This document shows, piece after piece, positions 48,967-60,780 of a stretch of DNA of 64,000 nucleotides. The stretch is taken from assembly GCA_041746255.1 (NCBI GenBank), contig JBGTHM010000037.1, forward strand, positions 1 through 64,000, given 5' to 3'. The first letter of the stretch is position 1. Each line of letters starts with the position of its first letter. The notes beneath the pieces are model-generated. The model ran no database searches, had not been told where the DNA came from, and saw only the letters and a list, made by a program, of their open reading frames with translations. The position numbers were made by a program, and so were the translations under genes. Origin of the DNA: Fibrobacteria bacterium (GTDB lineage: Bacteria; Fibrobacterota; Fibrobacteria; UBA11236).

Positions 48967-51900
48967 ATGCCCCCGTATCCCCGCCGCGTCAGATTTTCCT
49001 TGTGGACCCTGGTGGCCGTGCTTACGGTTCCTCCCGTCTTCTCCGTGTATCAAGAGGGCCAGGAATATTTGACGATCCCGGAATCGGCGGAGCCGCTCAA
49101 AGGCCTGCTTCCCCAAAAAGGGGTGGAATCCACCGGGGGACAGGGTTATCTCAAGGTCAACAGTCAGCATTTGAAGCGGCGGCATAATATCAATTTCGAT
49201 ACCCGAGAAGTGGAAATTGTGACCTATTTCCAATTGCCCTCTACGGACCTGGATTCCACCGGAGGGGGAACCGAGTCCCAGGTTCTATGGCAGGCCTATT
49301 ACGACGAACTCAACTCCTATTCGATGGATATGTACGATTTGGCGTTGCGACGGCAATGGTTGAATCAATTCATCGGACAACAGAACATCACCGACGGCAC
49401 GCAGCTCGGGCTTTTCGACATCGTGTTGCCCGTGGCGGTTCCCGATTGGCTTCGGCGCGTGGGTGTGGACAAACCGAGGTTGCATATCAATGGTTCCTAC
49501 AAATTGGTGGTGGCGGGAACCAGTCTATCCGGAAGCGGCTCCCCTACCGAAGACGGCTGGTTTCCGAATTTGCATATGGACCAGCAACCCGCCTTTTCCG
49601 TGAAAGGTTCGATAGGCCGTCTCATCAATATCGAAATCAACAGCGAAGACGGCTTCGGATCCAATCTCAAGGAGCAGCTTAAGATCACCTATAAAGGCGA
49701 AGGCGACGAGCTGGAAGACGATATCATCCAGGAAATCGAAGCCGGACATACTTCTTTGTCGCTAACCGGCACCGATCTTACCGGCTATACCGAAACCCAC
49801 AAGGGTATGTTCGGACTCAAGATGCGCATGCGTTTCGGAGGGCTGGATGTGACGACGCTCGCAGCCCAGGAAAGCGGCTCGCATGAGCGTCAGAAGCTGG
49901 GCGGCGGAAGCGAGGCCCGCGAATTCCAGATTGAAGAAAAGAACATGTCTTTGCATAAGCATTTTTTCATGCTGCTTTCCGACCGCGAGGCGTACCGGAC
50001 GGGGGGAGGAACCGAAGCCTACCGTCGCGAGGGGCGCCAGAGAAACCCGGTGGAAGTGTATCAATTGCTGGAGCCGACCCAGGAAATCACTTTCACCGAT
50101 AGTTCCGTGGCTTATGTTCTGGGCCCGGACGGGGAAAAGCTGAATAACTTCGCGCCGATTCCCGGACGTTGGAAACAGGTTCCCACCGGCGATTTTTATT
50201 ACGACGAGCCTCTGCGTATGCTTACCGTGAACGCCGGCCATCGCAACGCTTCGCTGGCCGTCCGCTTCAAAGACGATCCCTTGCCTTCGAATGCCGGCTT
50301 ACAACGAAAAGAACTCATCCTTATCCACTCCCGCAGCCCGGGCCACCAGCAATTCCTGGATACGCTGATGTGGCGCGGGGTCTACAATGTGGGCAAGGTG
50401 AACAGCGACGAACGCAATAATTTCAGAGTGCAGGTCAAAGACAACGAAGGCCGCGAAAGATTGCCGGGCGATAGCATTTCCTATGCGCGCCGGTTGGGGT
50501 TGGAGCAGCGCGAGCGGCCCGGGGTACTCGATTACGATAATCGCGAGATTTTCAATTTCGACCAAGGGTATATGGTATTGCCTTGCCTGAGTTCCGGCCT
50601 TGCCGGCCAAAACGGGGATAGGGAAAATTGCCTAACCCCCATGCGGCGCATCAGCCTGGTTGAAGACAAGAACTCGCCCGACATTTACAATACCTCGCCG
50701 GATGAATTGCACTCCCTTAATTCCACTCGTCAATTCACGGTTTTCGGTCGCCAACGCCAATCGACTTTCAATGTGCGCGAAAGCTCGCATGCGGTGAGCG
50801 GCTCGCAATGCATCGATATTCAGCCGGGTACCGAAAAGCTGGTGCTGAACGGCTCCACGGTTTTGGATAAAGACAGGGATTATGAAGTCTTGTACGAAAC
50901 CGGGCAAATCACCCTGACTTCGTTGCGCGCGCGCGATCCCTCGGCGGATATCGAGATCAGTTATGAATGCACACCCCTGTTTCAAATCCAAGACAAAATC
51001 CTTTTGGGTACGCGCCTGGAATACAAGCTCGACCGCATTTCCGATGAAAGCATGCTCGGCGCCACCCTCCTATATAAAAGCCAGACCACCTCTGAGGAAC
51101 GCCCCGATTTGGGCCGCGAGCCTTTCAACCAAGTGCTTTGGGGTCTTAACGCCCGATTGACCGGCAATCCCCGTTGGATGACGGATATCGCCAATTTGTT
51201 TCCTTTCGTGCAGACCGAAGCGCCTTCCAGAGCGAATTTCGAATTCGAATTGGCGCAAACCCGCTACAATGCCAATACCAAGGGCGAGGCTTATATCGAT
51301 GATTTCGAGAACAGCCAGAGTACCATTTCCATGCCCATGCATATCAACAGCTGGTTCAAGGCTTCTCCGCCCGGAAATGTTCCGGAAGACGAATTCATCT
51401 TCGACGAAAACTTCGATTATAAGCATAAAGGCGAGTTCATCTGGCACTCCAACCTTCGCGAGCAATACTCCCGCATTTATGGCAATACCGGTAACAGCCT
51501 CACCAACAGCCGCGAACTCAATTTGCTTATGTTCATTTTCCGTCCCAACGACAATCTGGTAGGCAATTCATGGGGCGGAGTGATGCGGGCCATGAGTCCC
51601 GGGCTCACCAACCAATCGCGTCGGCGTACGCTCGAGGTGGTGGTGCAAGGGCGAGAAGGCAATCTCTATGTGGACATGGGCGAGATTTCCGAGGATGTGG
51701 GCATTGCCGGTTTCGAACCCAACCGCAGCCTCGACTCCGAAGTACCGCCGGGCGAATATATCAACAAGCGTGATGCCGGCCTGGACAATCGAACCAAGGA
51801 TGATGGGGAGATGGGACAGCGCTGGGAGTGTAAGCCCTCCTGCTTTTCCATCCTCGTTGATTCGACCAACGCCGATCCCGCCGGCGACAATTACGACGAA

Positions 51901-54900
51901 GACCAGCGGGAAAAAGGTATCACCCACCCCAACGCCAGCATCAACGGCACCGAGCTCAATAACCAGGGGGCGGGCGGCTATCAATATGATACCGAAGATT
52001 TGGATCGCTCCGGCACACTGGATCTCACCAACCGCTATTTGCGCTACGAAATCCCCTTGGACAGCGCCTGCACGCGCCAGTTCCATTGCGAAATCTTGCA
52101 AAGGGGTTGGCGTAAATACCAGATTCCGATTTACGACGCCGGTACAATCATCGACAACAACAACTCCGCGACCACCCGCGAAATCCTATCCAATGTCAAG
52201 ATGATGCGCCTGTGGATGGGAAAATTGCCCTCACGGGTTTCCCAAACGGAGCTCCGACTGGCACGCGTCAACATCGTGGGCCATACCTGGGAGGAAGGTG
52301 ACCGAAACCGGGATTTCGAAATCCCGGGGGGCCTGTTCGCTTCCGGTAATTTGCAGGGCAATCCCATCGAACTTCCTCCGGTGGTGTCGGACAGCAACCG
52401 GCTCCAAATCGAAGTGGTCAACACGCAGGAAGACAGCCGCTACGTCCCGCCTCCCAGTTGGAAGAAGGAGCGGGATACCCGCACCGACGAGCCTTTGCCG
52501 AATCGCGCCCTGGTGCTCAAATACGAAAACCTGCATCCAGGCGAAATCGTTCACGCCACGCGCATTCTCGGAAGCGACCCCAAAGACTTGACCCGCTACA
52601 GCCGCATTTTGATGGCCATCCATCCTGATTCCATCACCGCGCTGAATCGGAGCGATCCCAGTTCGGGCAACCCCGCATACCGGCAACACAAGGTGGCCGT
52701 GGCTTTGCAATTGGGTAAGGACCTGGGCAACCGGGAATCGCGCGATTATTACGAAATACGCGTCAATCTGGATACCACCGTAACGCCCGGTCTCACCCAT
52801 AGGGATCTTTGGGATCGCAACTCCTTCAATGTCCAATTGCAGGATTTGACCGGCCTCAAAACCGATCCGCGCTACTTGGAATTCCGCGGACGCAAGGTGA
52901 GTCGCAATATCCATCATCAAGGCAGGGGAGACAGTTCCGTCGTGCTGTCGGTGGTTGGGGATCCGTCTTTGTCCCGTATCGATTGGATGCGGTTGGTTCT
53001 CTACGTGGACTCGGTGGGAGTCGTGCCTTTGCAGACGGGCCAAATCTGGATCAACGATTTGCGCCTGGAAGGGCTGGATAACTCGCTGGGAACAGCGGTA
53101 CGAACCCAGCTTCAGCTTGAGTTCGGTGATTTCATCAATATATCCGGCAATATGAAATACCAGGACGGGGGCTTCACGTCCATGAGCCAGACTAGGGCCA
53201 CTCCCGCCAATTCCATGTCCAGCGCCGATTACAACACTAATTTTTCACTTTTCGCGAATAAATTTTTCCCGGATGAATGGGGGCTCAGCCTACCCCTCTC
53301 TGCCATTTTCCAGGGAAGGGTGGATAGGCCTTTCACCAAGCCCTCCTCTGATCTGGGTCTTACGGGAACGGGTTTTATGAGCATCGTGGACGATATTCTT
53401 GACGGGAGCCTGCGTCCCGATGAGACCGACCCCGAAAGCAGGCTTTCGCGATATTATCAATCCACCAATTTTCAGGAGCGCTATACGGCCAGCTACAAAA
53501 AGGAGAGACGATCGGATAATTTCCTGGTGCAAACCTTTTTCGAGCGTCCGGAAATCGTGTACAGCTTTGCGGGAACCGAACGGGAAACCTTCTTCGATGC
53601 CAGCGATAGCCGAAATTATAAGACTCGGTTGACTTATAACCTGTCACCGTATAGCAATGAAAGCCTGCATCCCTTCAAATTCTCCGAGGGTTGGAAGTTT
53701 ACCCCCGGCTTCGTGAAGAATTTCACCATCACTCCCTTGCCGGAAAAACTCAATCTCACCGTAGGCGACTTGTCTTATGTACGCACGCATGATTTATTCA
53801 AGCCGATAGACGACTTGGATAACCCCGTCAACAATACCAATTACAACATCGAACTGACCCACGGCCTCGACTTGGAATGGCGACCTCTGACCTTTATGAA
53901 TTTCGGCTACCGTCTTTCGGTGAACCGGGATTTTGATAGGGATTACCAATGCTTCGACGACAGTTTCTTCAACTTCGAGCAGGAGCAAAGCGGCGATGCC
54001 TGTCAGGCAGGAGTTTTCGCCTACAAATACCTTTTCGGCTGGGACGAAGATATCGTCGATCTCGGAAATGGGGAAAGCGGGCGGCGCTTGGGCAATCGGT
54101 ATTTCATTCTCGACCGGGAACGCAACCGGAACCAGAGCTTCCATCTCGATATGAACAGTTATACCATCCCCTGGTTCACCCCGCGGGCCGGGTTTACTTC
54201 GGGTTATCGCCACACTTTCGCAGAAGCGAACCGCAGCTTGGTGGACAATTCCGTTACGGAACCCGAGCGCTTCGAGGCCAATTCCGACCATGAGGTGAAA
54301 TTATCGGGAAGCTTCAGCCTGCCGGGATTGCTGGGGTCGCTCAAGGATAAAATGCCCGTCCTGGAAGGGGCGCGTAAGAAAATGGACGACTGGCGGCTAC
54401 GTAACATCGACGTGAATTACACCGTTTCAAATCGCTATAACGGCGAGAAGTTCACTTATCAATTCCTCGACGAGAAGGATCTTTCGCCCTGGGACCTCTA
54501 TCAATACCAATTAGGGTGGCTTTACAATTTCGGGAATTTGGCCACGATTTTCAATGGGGAGCCCCAGCCGAAATCCTTCGGCTATCAAATGCAGCCGGCG
54601 GATACCAATTTCCAGGATGATTTCAATCATCGGGTGGAGAGGAGTATTGATATCGGGTCAGGCTTCACACTTCCGATCATCGACCTTAGCCTTTCGGGGA
54701 ATTCCCGGTGGTGAAGAAGTTATACCCTCTATCGGGGCGCCATTCAGCCCAGCGACACGTCCCAAGTCTTTCCCGACTATACGGTAATGGCCACCTTGAA
54801 CGATTTTGCGTCCAAAATCCCGATTTTGCGCCGGCAATTCCGGTCTATGACCGCAACCAGTAATTTCAACTATTTAAAAGAGGATAGGTGGGCGCCATTC

Positions 54901-55473
54901 AGCAGCAGCGCGGACATCAACAAAAAATCCTATAAATTGAACCCACTTCTCAGAGTTGCGGCCACCTCCAATTCGAATTTGCGTCATGAACTCACTTTCA
55001 ATTACACTTGGGACGAGAGCCTCCATTTCCAAAAAATCCAGGATTCCAACCTGTCATTTCCCATATACGGGGACCAATCCGTTTTAATTCCCCACTACGT
55101 CCGGGATGAGGGCAATAGAACCAAGGAAAATAACGTTTCCATGGGGGCCGACTATTCCCTGGCCTTCGATGTGGAGACCCAAAAGGGGATTCAATTCTGG
55201 CGTTATTATGTAAAACTCAAAAACAATCTGGATTTCCGCACTACTTGTGGCGTCAATTTCACCTATTTGGAAATCCAAACCCGCGATGAAGAGGCCCGCC
55301 GCGATCGCGAAATCTTCTCCTGGCATGTCAAACCCCAGGTCACCTATAGCTTTTCCCACAATATCGATGCCCTCTTTTATTATCAATACCGTTTCGAAAA
55401 GCTGTTTCACACGGCCCGAAACGAGGCTACCCACCACAATGAACTCCATTCCGAATTCACCATGCGGTTTTAG
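48967..55473 (+). CDS. sprA: T9SS outer-membrane translocon SprA-like protein, interrupted by one in-frame TGA at 54712-54714
   Basis: KITYKGE...DDIIQEIEAGHTSL, KGMFGLK, DYEVLYETGQI, AYIDDFE, DMGEISED, DTEDLD, IWINDLRL; C-terminal Phe (EFTMRF). ORFs 48946-54714 and 54787-55473 share a frame. Confidence 0.88.
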
Positions 55474-55624
55474 GCGAAAAAGCCGGGTTTTTGAAGTCGA
55501 GATGGGGAATTGCCGGAAATGGGTAGTATATTTACCAAGGTTATCGTTTTTGTGTTTTGTCCCCACCCCCGGTGGGTCCTTTTGGGGCCCGGTATTGCCT
55601 ACGGTGGAGTGGGGAGTGGAGTAA

Positions 55625-55775
55625 GGCCGGAATCGGCGAGTGCCGTACCGGTCGCAGGGCTTCTGCCAATTTATTTCAGGACTGTTTATGGGGCCGCGAT
55701 TTCGCGGCGAAAATCGTTTGAGAGGAACCCGGCTCCCAAAAACAGTCCACAAGCCCTCGACTTCGCCCACCGGTC
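55625..55775 (+). ncRNA. Long nested stem-loop in the RNase E/G leader
   Basis: Nested pairs GGCCGG/CCGGTC, GGCGAG/TTCGCC, GTCGCAGGGCTT/AAGCCCTCGAC, GGACTGTTT/AAACAGTCC, TGGGGCCG/CGGCTCCCA. Confidence 0.55.
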
Positions 55776-55829
55776 TCCCTGGATCCGGTCGGGTTTTTCA
55801 ATGAATGGCAATGAGATCAGAATGAGAAA

Positions 55830-57422
55830 ATGGAAAAAGTCCTAAGAAAAAACCCCAAGGTATCTCAGAGTCCCGCTCCCAAGCAGGGCCAACCCAAACG
55901 CGAAATCCTCATCAATGTGCGCCCCTTCGAAAAGCGTATCGCCATCCTCGAAGACGGCCGCCTTTTCGAAATCATCTATGAACGGCCCGAAAACGCGCGT
56001 CTGCTCGGCAATATCTATAAAGGCGTGGTCAACGCCGTGCTGCCGGGCCTACAGGCGGCCTTCGTGGATATCGGCCTGGAGAAAGCCGGATTCCTGCATG
56101 TCGAAGACGTAGTGGGACGCGATCAATTATTCTCCGAATACGACGACGACGATGCGAAGCCTTCCGCCGCGAGTAATGAGCCGGCGCAAACCATCGATCA
56201 ACTGCTCAAGGTAGGGCAGGAAGTGTTGGTTCAGGTGACCAAGGAGCCCATCAGCACCAAGGGACCGCGCCTGACCACCCATCTTTCTTTGGCGGGCCGC
56301 TTTCTGGTTTGCATGCCGGGAATCGATTTTATCGGCGTCAGCAAAAAGAGCCGCGATCCCCAGCATCGACGGCAGCTCAAGAAGATGATCCGCGAGCTGA
56401 AATCCCCCGAATGCGGTTATATCGTCCGTACCATCGGTTTGAACGAAAGTGAGAGCGAATTCGCCAAGCAGATGAAGCTGCTCGAAGCCAAATGGGAACT
56501 TACCAAGGAGCAAGCCAAAAGAGTGGCCGCCCCGGGTCTGGTCCATCAGGAAAGCGACTCCAGCGAAATCACCATGCGGGACTATTTCTCCGAAGACGTT
56601 GACGCGGTTTATATCGACGATAAGGACGAATATAAGACCGTGGTAACCTACCTCAAGGTGCTTTCCCCCGATCTCGTGGATCGAGTCAAGCCCTATAACG
56701 GTGAAGCCTCGTTATTTGATTATTTCGGCATTGAAGAGGAATTGGAAAAGACCTTCGCCCGCAAAGTGCCCCTCAAGCGGGGCGGGTACCTCATCATCGA
56801 CCAGGCCGAGGCGCTGGTGGCGGTGGATGTCAATACCGGCGGCAAGGTTCGCGGTACCAACCAAGCCAAGAATATCATCGAGACCAATATCGATTCGGCC
56901 TGGGAACTTGCCAAACAGATGCGCCTCCGCGATTTGGGAGGCCTAATTGTCGTGGACTTCATCGACATGGAGTCTCAAGAGGATCAAGACACGGTGGTGC
57001 GCGAGTTCAAAAAGGCGATTCGCATCGACAAAGCGCCCATCAGCTTCTCCACGCTTTCGCAATTCGGGTTGATGGAAATGACGCGCAAGCGCGTACGGCC
57101 CAATGCGGTCAAGGAACAATCGCTCGAATGCCCCACCTGCAAAGGTGCAGGGTATATTCCCTCTCGCGAATCCGTGGTTTCGGGCATTGACCGTTGGCTT
57201 ACCCGCTTCCATTCGAAAAAAGGCGAAAGCCGCGTAACCTTGGCTCTGCACCCCGACATGATAGCCCATGTGCTCGAAAACCGGGCAGGTATTTTCAAGT
57301 ACTGGGAAAGAGTGCACAAAGTGAAAATCCAGTTGGTGGAGGACGACAATTCGAATTTTTCCGAATTCCGGTTTTTCTCAGGGTCTTCCGGTGACGAGAT
57401 TACCCATATCCATGCCGTGTGA
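55830..57422 (+). CDS. rng: Ribonuclease E/G family endoribonuclease (RNase G size)
   Basis: GNIYKG, QAAFVDIG, VQVTKEPISTKGPRLT, VDVNTG, RLRDLGGLIVVDFIDM, CPTCKG. Confidence 0.95.
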   Translation: MEKVLRKNPKVSQSPAPKQGQPKREILINVRPFEKRIAILEDGRLFEIIYERPENARLLGNIYKGVVNAVLPGLQAAFVDIGLEKAGFLHVEDVVGRDQLFSEYDDDDAKPSAASNEPAQTIDQLLKVGQEVLVQVTKEPISTKGPRLTTHLSLAGRFLVCMPGIDFIGVSKKSRDPQHRRQLKKMIRELKSPECGYIVRTIGLNESESEFAKQMKLLEAKWELTKEQAKRVAAPGLVHQESDSSEITMRDYFSEDVDAVYIDDKDEYKTVVTYLKVLSPDLVDRVKPYNGEASLFDYFGIEEELEKTFARKVPLKRGGYLIIDQAEALVAVDVNTGGKVRGTNQAKNIIETNIDSAWELAKQMRLRDLGGLIVVDFIDMESQEDQDTVVREFKKAIRIDKAPISFSTLSQFGLMEMTRKRVRPNAVKEQSLECPTCKGAGYIPSRESVVSGIDRWLTRFHSKKGESRVTLALHPDMIAHVLENRAGIFKYWERVHKVKIQLVEDDNSNFSEFRFFSGSSGDEITHIHAV

Positions 57423-57448
57423 GCCCTGTGGGGCTTGGGCAATGGGCC

Positions 57449-57477
57449 TTGCGCCCGCTTCCGCCCGGTAATATATT
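57449..57477 (+). promoter_or_regulatory. Housekeeping-type promoter of tRNA-Leu/tig
   Basis: TTGCGC-N17-TATATT ending 10 bp before the tRNA. Confidence 0.6.
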
Positions 57478-57486
57478 TTTGGCTTT

Positions 57487-57561
57487 GCGAAAGTGGCGGA
57501 ATTGGTAGACGCGCTAGATTTAGGATCTAGTTTTTTGGGGGTTCAACTCCCCCCTTTCGCA
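57487..57561 (+). tRNA. tRNA-Leu (anticodon TAG) with a short variable loop; CCA not encoded
   Basis: Acceptor GCGAAAG/CTTTCGC, D-arm GCGGAATTGGTAGACGC, anticodon arm CTAGA-TTTAGGA-TCTAG, T-arm GGGGG-TTCAACT-CCCCC, discriminator A. Confidence 0.93.
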
Positions 57562-57614
57562 CATTGAGTTCCTACGGTCGAAGCGACGAAAAGGAAGATA
57601 CAGAAAGGACATTG

Positions 57615-58868
57615 GTGAAAACGACTTTAAACGAACCCAGCAGCACGGAAAGGGTTCTGGAAATTGAAATTCCGCGCGAACGCTATGACCGGATCTTCAA
57701 TGAGAAGGTCAAAAAATACGGCAAGGAACTGAAGCTGAACGGCTTCCGGGCGGGAAACATACCCAAACAAGTGGTGGTCAGCCGCTTCGGCCAGCCCATC
57801 GCTTCCGAATCGCTGGAGGCTCTGGTCGAAGAAGTCCTGCGTGAAGCCTGCAAAGAGCATAACATCGAACCCGTGGCTCCCGGGAAAATTGAAAAATTGG
57901 AGAACGAACCCGATAAGCCTATTTTCGTCAAGGCCGTGCTCGAGGTCGATCCCCAAGTGGATATTCAGGGATACCCGATTGAGATTTCCCTTCCGGAAAC
58001 CGAAGTGCCCGACGAGGTGGTCGAAGATCAGGTTAAACGCCTGCAAAAACGTCTTTCCGAGGAGAGCCGGGTGGAGCGCGCGGCTGTACCGGGCGACGTA
58101 GTGGTGGCGGAATATCTGACCGTGATCATCGATGGTGAAATCCAGCCGCTTCCGCAAAATAAGGAATTCCGGGCCGAATTGGGTGGGGGGAGCCTTCCCG
58201 AGTTGGATCGCCAATTAGAAGGCGTCACGGCTGGGGAGGAGCGGGATGTCCGACTGGATTTTCCGGAAGATTATCCGCAGGCCAATATGGCGGGAAAATC
58301 CACTCAATATCGGCTGTTGATTAAGGAAGTCAATGAGCAGAAGCTACCCGAATTGAATGACGCCTTCGCCGATAAACTGGGATTCACCGATTTGGAAGGC
58401 TTACGCGCGAAAATCCGGGCCGACCTCAAAGCCCAGGCCTTGGATCAGGCCAAGGAAGGCGCCTATGAGCAGGCTATACAAAAGCTCATCGCGGCAAATC
58501 CCTTCGACGTGCCCAAGGCGCGCCTAAACAATTACGTGCATTACCGCATGGAGCAAATGGGTCAGCAGCATGCGCATGATCACGACGAGCATGGAGGTCA
58601 TGTGCATCCTCCGGAGCTCGATAAGGAAGCGGAATATACCCTTAAGCGTTACCGTATCCTGGACGAAATCGCCCGTAAGGAAAAAATCAAAGCCTTGCCC
58701 GAAGAGGTGGACGAAAGGGTGCATGAATTGGCGGCCCAATATGGCACCGATTTCGAAACCTTGAAGGCCGCCTTGCGCAAAAACGGAAAGATCAATGATT
58801 TGCGCCACGACATCAAGACGCGCAAGACGCTCGACTTCGTGATAGGCATGCAGCCGGTCACCGCATAA
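57615..58868 (+). CDS. tig: Trigger factor
   Basis: GFRAGNIP ribosome-binding motif, FKBP region (FPEDY...AGK), LPELNDAFA; GTG start after AAGGA. Confidence 0.95.
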   Translation: MKTTLNEPSSTERVLEIEIPRERYDRIFNEKVKKYGKELKLNGFRAGNIPKQVVVSRFGQPIASESLEALVEEVLREACKEHNIEPVAPGKIEKLENEPDKPIFVKAVLEVDPQVDIQGYPIEISLPETEVPDEVVEDQVKRLQKRLSEESRVERAAVPGDVVVAEYLTVIIDGEIQPLPQNKEFRAELGGGSLPELDRQLEGVTAGEERDVRLDFPEDYPQANMAGKSTQYRLLIKEVNEQKLPELNDAFADKLGFTDLEGLRAKIRADLKAQALDQAKEGAYEQAIQKLIAANPFDVPKARLNNYVHYRMEQMGQQHAHDHDEHGGHVHPPELDKEAEYTLKRYRILDEIARKEKIKALPEEVDERVHELAAQYGTDFETLKAALRKNGKINDLRHDIKTRKTLDFVIGMQPVTA

Positions 58869-58924
58869 GGGCGCAAAATGTATATTAAATCGAATTCCAA
58901 CCTTTAACCTGGGTTCCGTCGCAT

Positions 58925-59521
58925 ATGCTGATACCAACCGTTATCGAAACCACAGGACGCTCCGAGCGCGTCTATGACATCTATTCGAGACTCCTGCGCG
59001 AGCGCATCGTTTTTCTGGGTTCGGAAATCAACGATGCCGTGGCCAACACTGTCGTGGCCCAGATGTTGTTTCTCGAGTACGAAGATCCCGATAAAGATAT
59101 CCTGATATACATCAACAGTCCGGGCGGCGTGGTGACATCGGGTCTGGCGATTTTCGACGTCATCAAATACGTGAAGCCCGACGTGCAAACCATTTGCGTG
59201 GGATCCGCCTTCAGCATGGGGGCCCTGCTCCTGGCCGCCGGAACCAAGGGCAAACGCTTCATCTTGCCCCACGGCAAGGTGATGTTGCATCAGCCCAGCG
59301 GCGGCGCCACCGGGCAATCCAGCGACATCCAGATCCATGCCAAAGAAATCATCAAAACCAAGCATGAGCTGAATCTGATCCTCTCGGAAGCGACCGGTAA
59401 GGACATCGATGTCATCGCCAAAGATACCGATCGCGACCTGTATATGACTGCCTCGGAAGCCGTGGCCTATGGGATGGTCGACGAGATTTTCAGTTCCTCC
59501 GCGAGGAAGAAGAAAGAATAG
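58925..59521 (+). CDS. clpP: Clp protease proteolytic subunit
   Basis: [34 protein letters not shown]. Confidence 0.98.
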   Translation: MLIPTVIETTGRSERVYDIYSRLLRERIVFLGSEINDAVANTVVAQMLFLEYEDPDKDILIYINSPGGVVTSGLAIFDVIKYVKPDVQTICVGSAFSMGALLLAAGTKGKRFILPHGKVMLHQPSGGATGQSSDIQIHAKEIIKTKHELNLILSEATGKDIDVIAKDTDRDLYMTASEAVAYGMVDEIFSSSARKKKE

Positions 59522-59523
59522 GC

Positions 59524-60780
59524 ATGGCCCGCTCCGGCACCGGTTATAGCCTCATCCGCTGCTCCTTTTGCGGTAAAAACGCGGAGCAGGTGGAAAAAAT
59601 CATCACCGGCCCCTCGGTGCATATTTGCAACGAATGCGTTGCCATGTGCAACGACATACTCACCGAGGAGAATCAGAAAGACAGCCCATCGGCCCATGCG
59701 CCCGCGCAGGTGGTGAGTCCGGTGGATATCAAGCGCCATCTCGATGAATACATCATTGGGCAGGACGACGCGAAAATCGCCCTGAGCGTCGCGGTATACA
59801 ACCATTACAAGCGCATCAATTCCAAACCCGGATCCGACGGCGTGGAAATCGAGAAATCGAATATTCTCTTCCTGGGCCCCACGGGTTCCGGAAAAACCCT
59901 GTTGGCCCAGAGCATCGCCAAATTTCTGAAAGTTCCTTTCACCATCGTCGATGCGACCATCCTTACCGAAGCGGGTTATGTCGGCGAAGACGTGGAAAAC
60001 ATCATGGTCAGGCTTTTACAAGCAGCTGATTACGACGTGGAAACCGCCGAGAGGGGAATTGTCTATATCGACGAAATCGATAAAATTTCCCGCAAGAGCG
60101 CCAACCCTTCCATCACCCGCGACGTATCGGGCGAAGGCGTGCAGCAGGGGCTGCTGAAGCTGCTGGAAGGCACGGTGGCCTCCGTTCCCCCTAAAGGAGG
60201 ACGCAAGCATCCGGAACAAAATCTGATACAAGTCCGCACCAAGAACGTCCTTTTCATTTGCGGCGGGGCTTTCGAGTCACTCGAAAAAATCATCGAGAAA
60301 CGGACGCGGGCCAGCGGTATGGGATTTGGCGCTAAACTGTCCTCGCGCGTCGAACGGAATGTAGGCGAAATGCTGGCCTTGGTGGAACCCGATGATCTTA
60401 TCCAGTTCGGACTTATTCCCGAATTGGTGGGCCGGCTTCCCGTCATCGCCACTTTGCGCGAACTGCCTCTGGAGGCCATGCTCGATATTCTCACCAAGCC
60501 GAAAAACGCGCTGGTCAAACAATACCTCAAGCTGTTTGAACTCGACGATGTCCGGCTCAAGTTTCAACCTGAGGCTCTGGAAGCCATCGTGCGAAAAGCC
60601 ATGGAGCGTAAAACCGGCGCCCGTGGCTTGCGATCCGTGATGGAATCCGTCCTTATGCCCATTATGTTCGACGTGCCCTCCCGCACCGATATCGCCGAAT
60701 GCGTCATCACGCGCGAAGTGGTGGAGCAGGGCAAGGAACCCATTCTCATCCTCAAGAAGAACAAGAAGAAGTTCGCCTGA
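59524..60780 (+). CDS. clpX: Clp protease ATPase subunit
   Basis: CSFCGK...[39 protein letters not shown] loop. Confidence 0.98.
   Translation: MARSGTGYSLIRCSFCGKNAEQVEKIITGPSVHICNECVAMCNDILTEENQKDSPSAHAPAQVVSPVDIKRHLDEYIIGQDDAKIALSVAVYNHYKRINSKPGSDGVEIEKSNILFLGPTGSGKTLLAQSIAKFLKVPFTIVDATILTEAGYVGEDVENIMVRLLQAADYDVETAERGIVYIDEIDKISRKSANPSITRDVSGEGVQQGLLKLLEGTVASVPPKGGRKHPEQNLIQVRTKNVLFICGGAFESLEKIIEKRTRASGMGFGAKLSSRVERNVGEMLALVEPDDLIQFGLIPELVGRLPVIATLRELPLEAMLDILTKPKNALVKQYLKLFELDDVRLKFQPEALEAIVRKAMERKTGARGLRSVMESVLMPIMFDVPSRTDIAECVITREVVEQGKEPILILKKNKKKFA

Noticed and set aside
54712..54760. Selenocysteine recoding of the sprA TGA
   Set aside because: Only a weak 4-bp stem follows, and there is no redox-motif context.
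54787..55473. Independent 228-aa gene
   Set aside because: In frame with sprA, and lacks an SD and signal peptide; treated as the SprA C-terminus.
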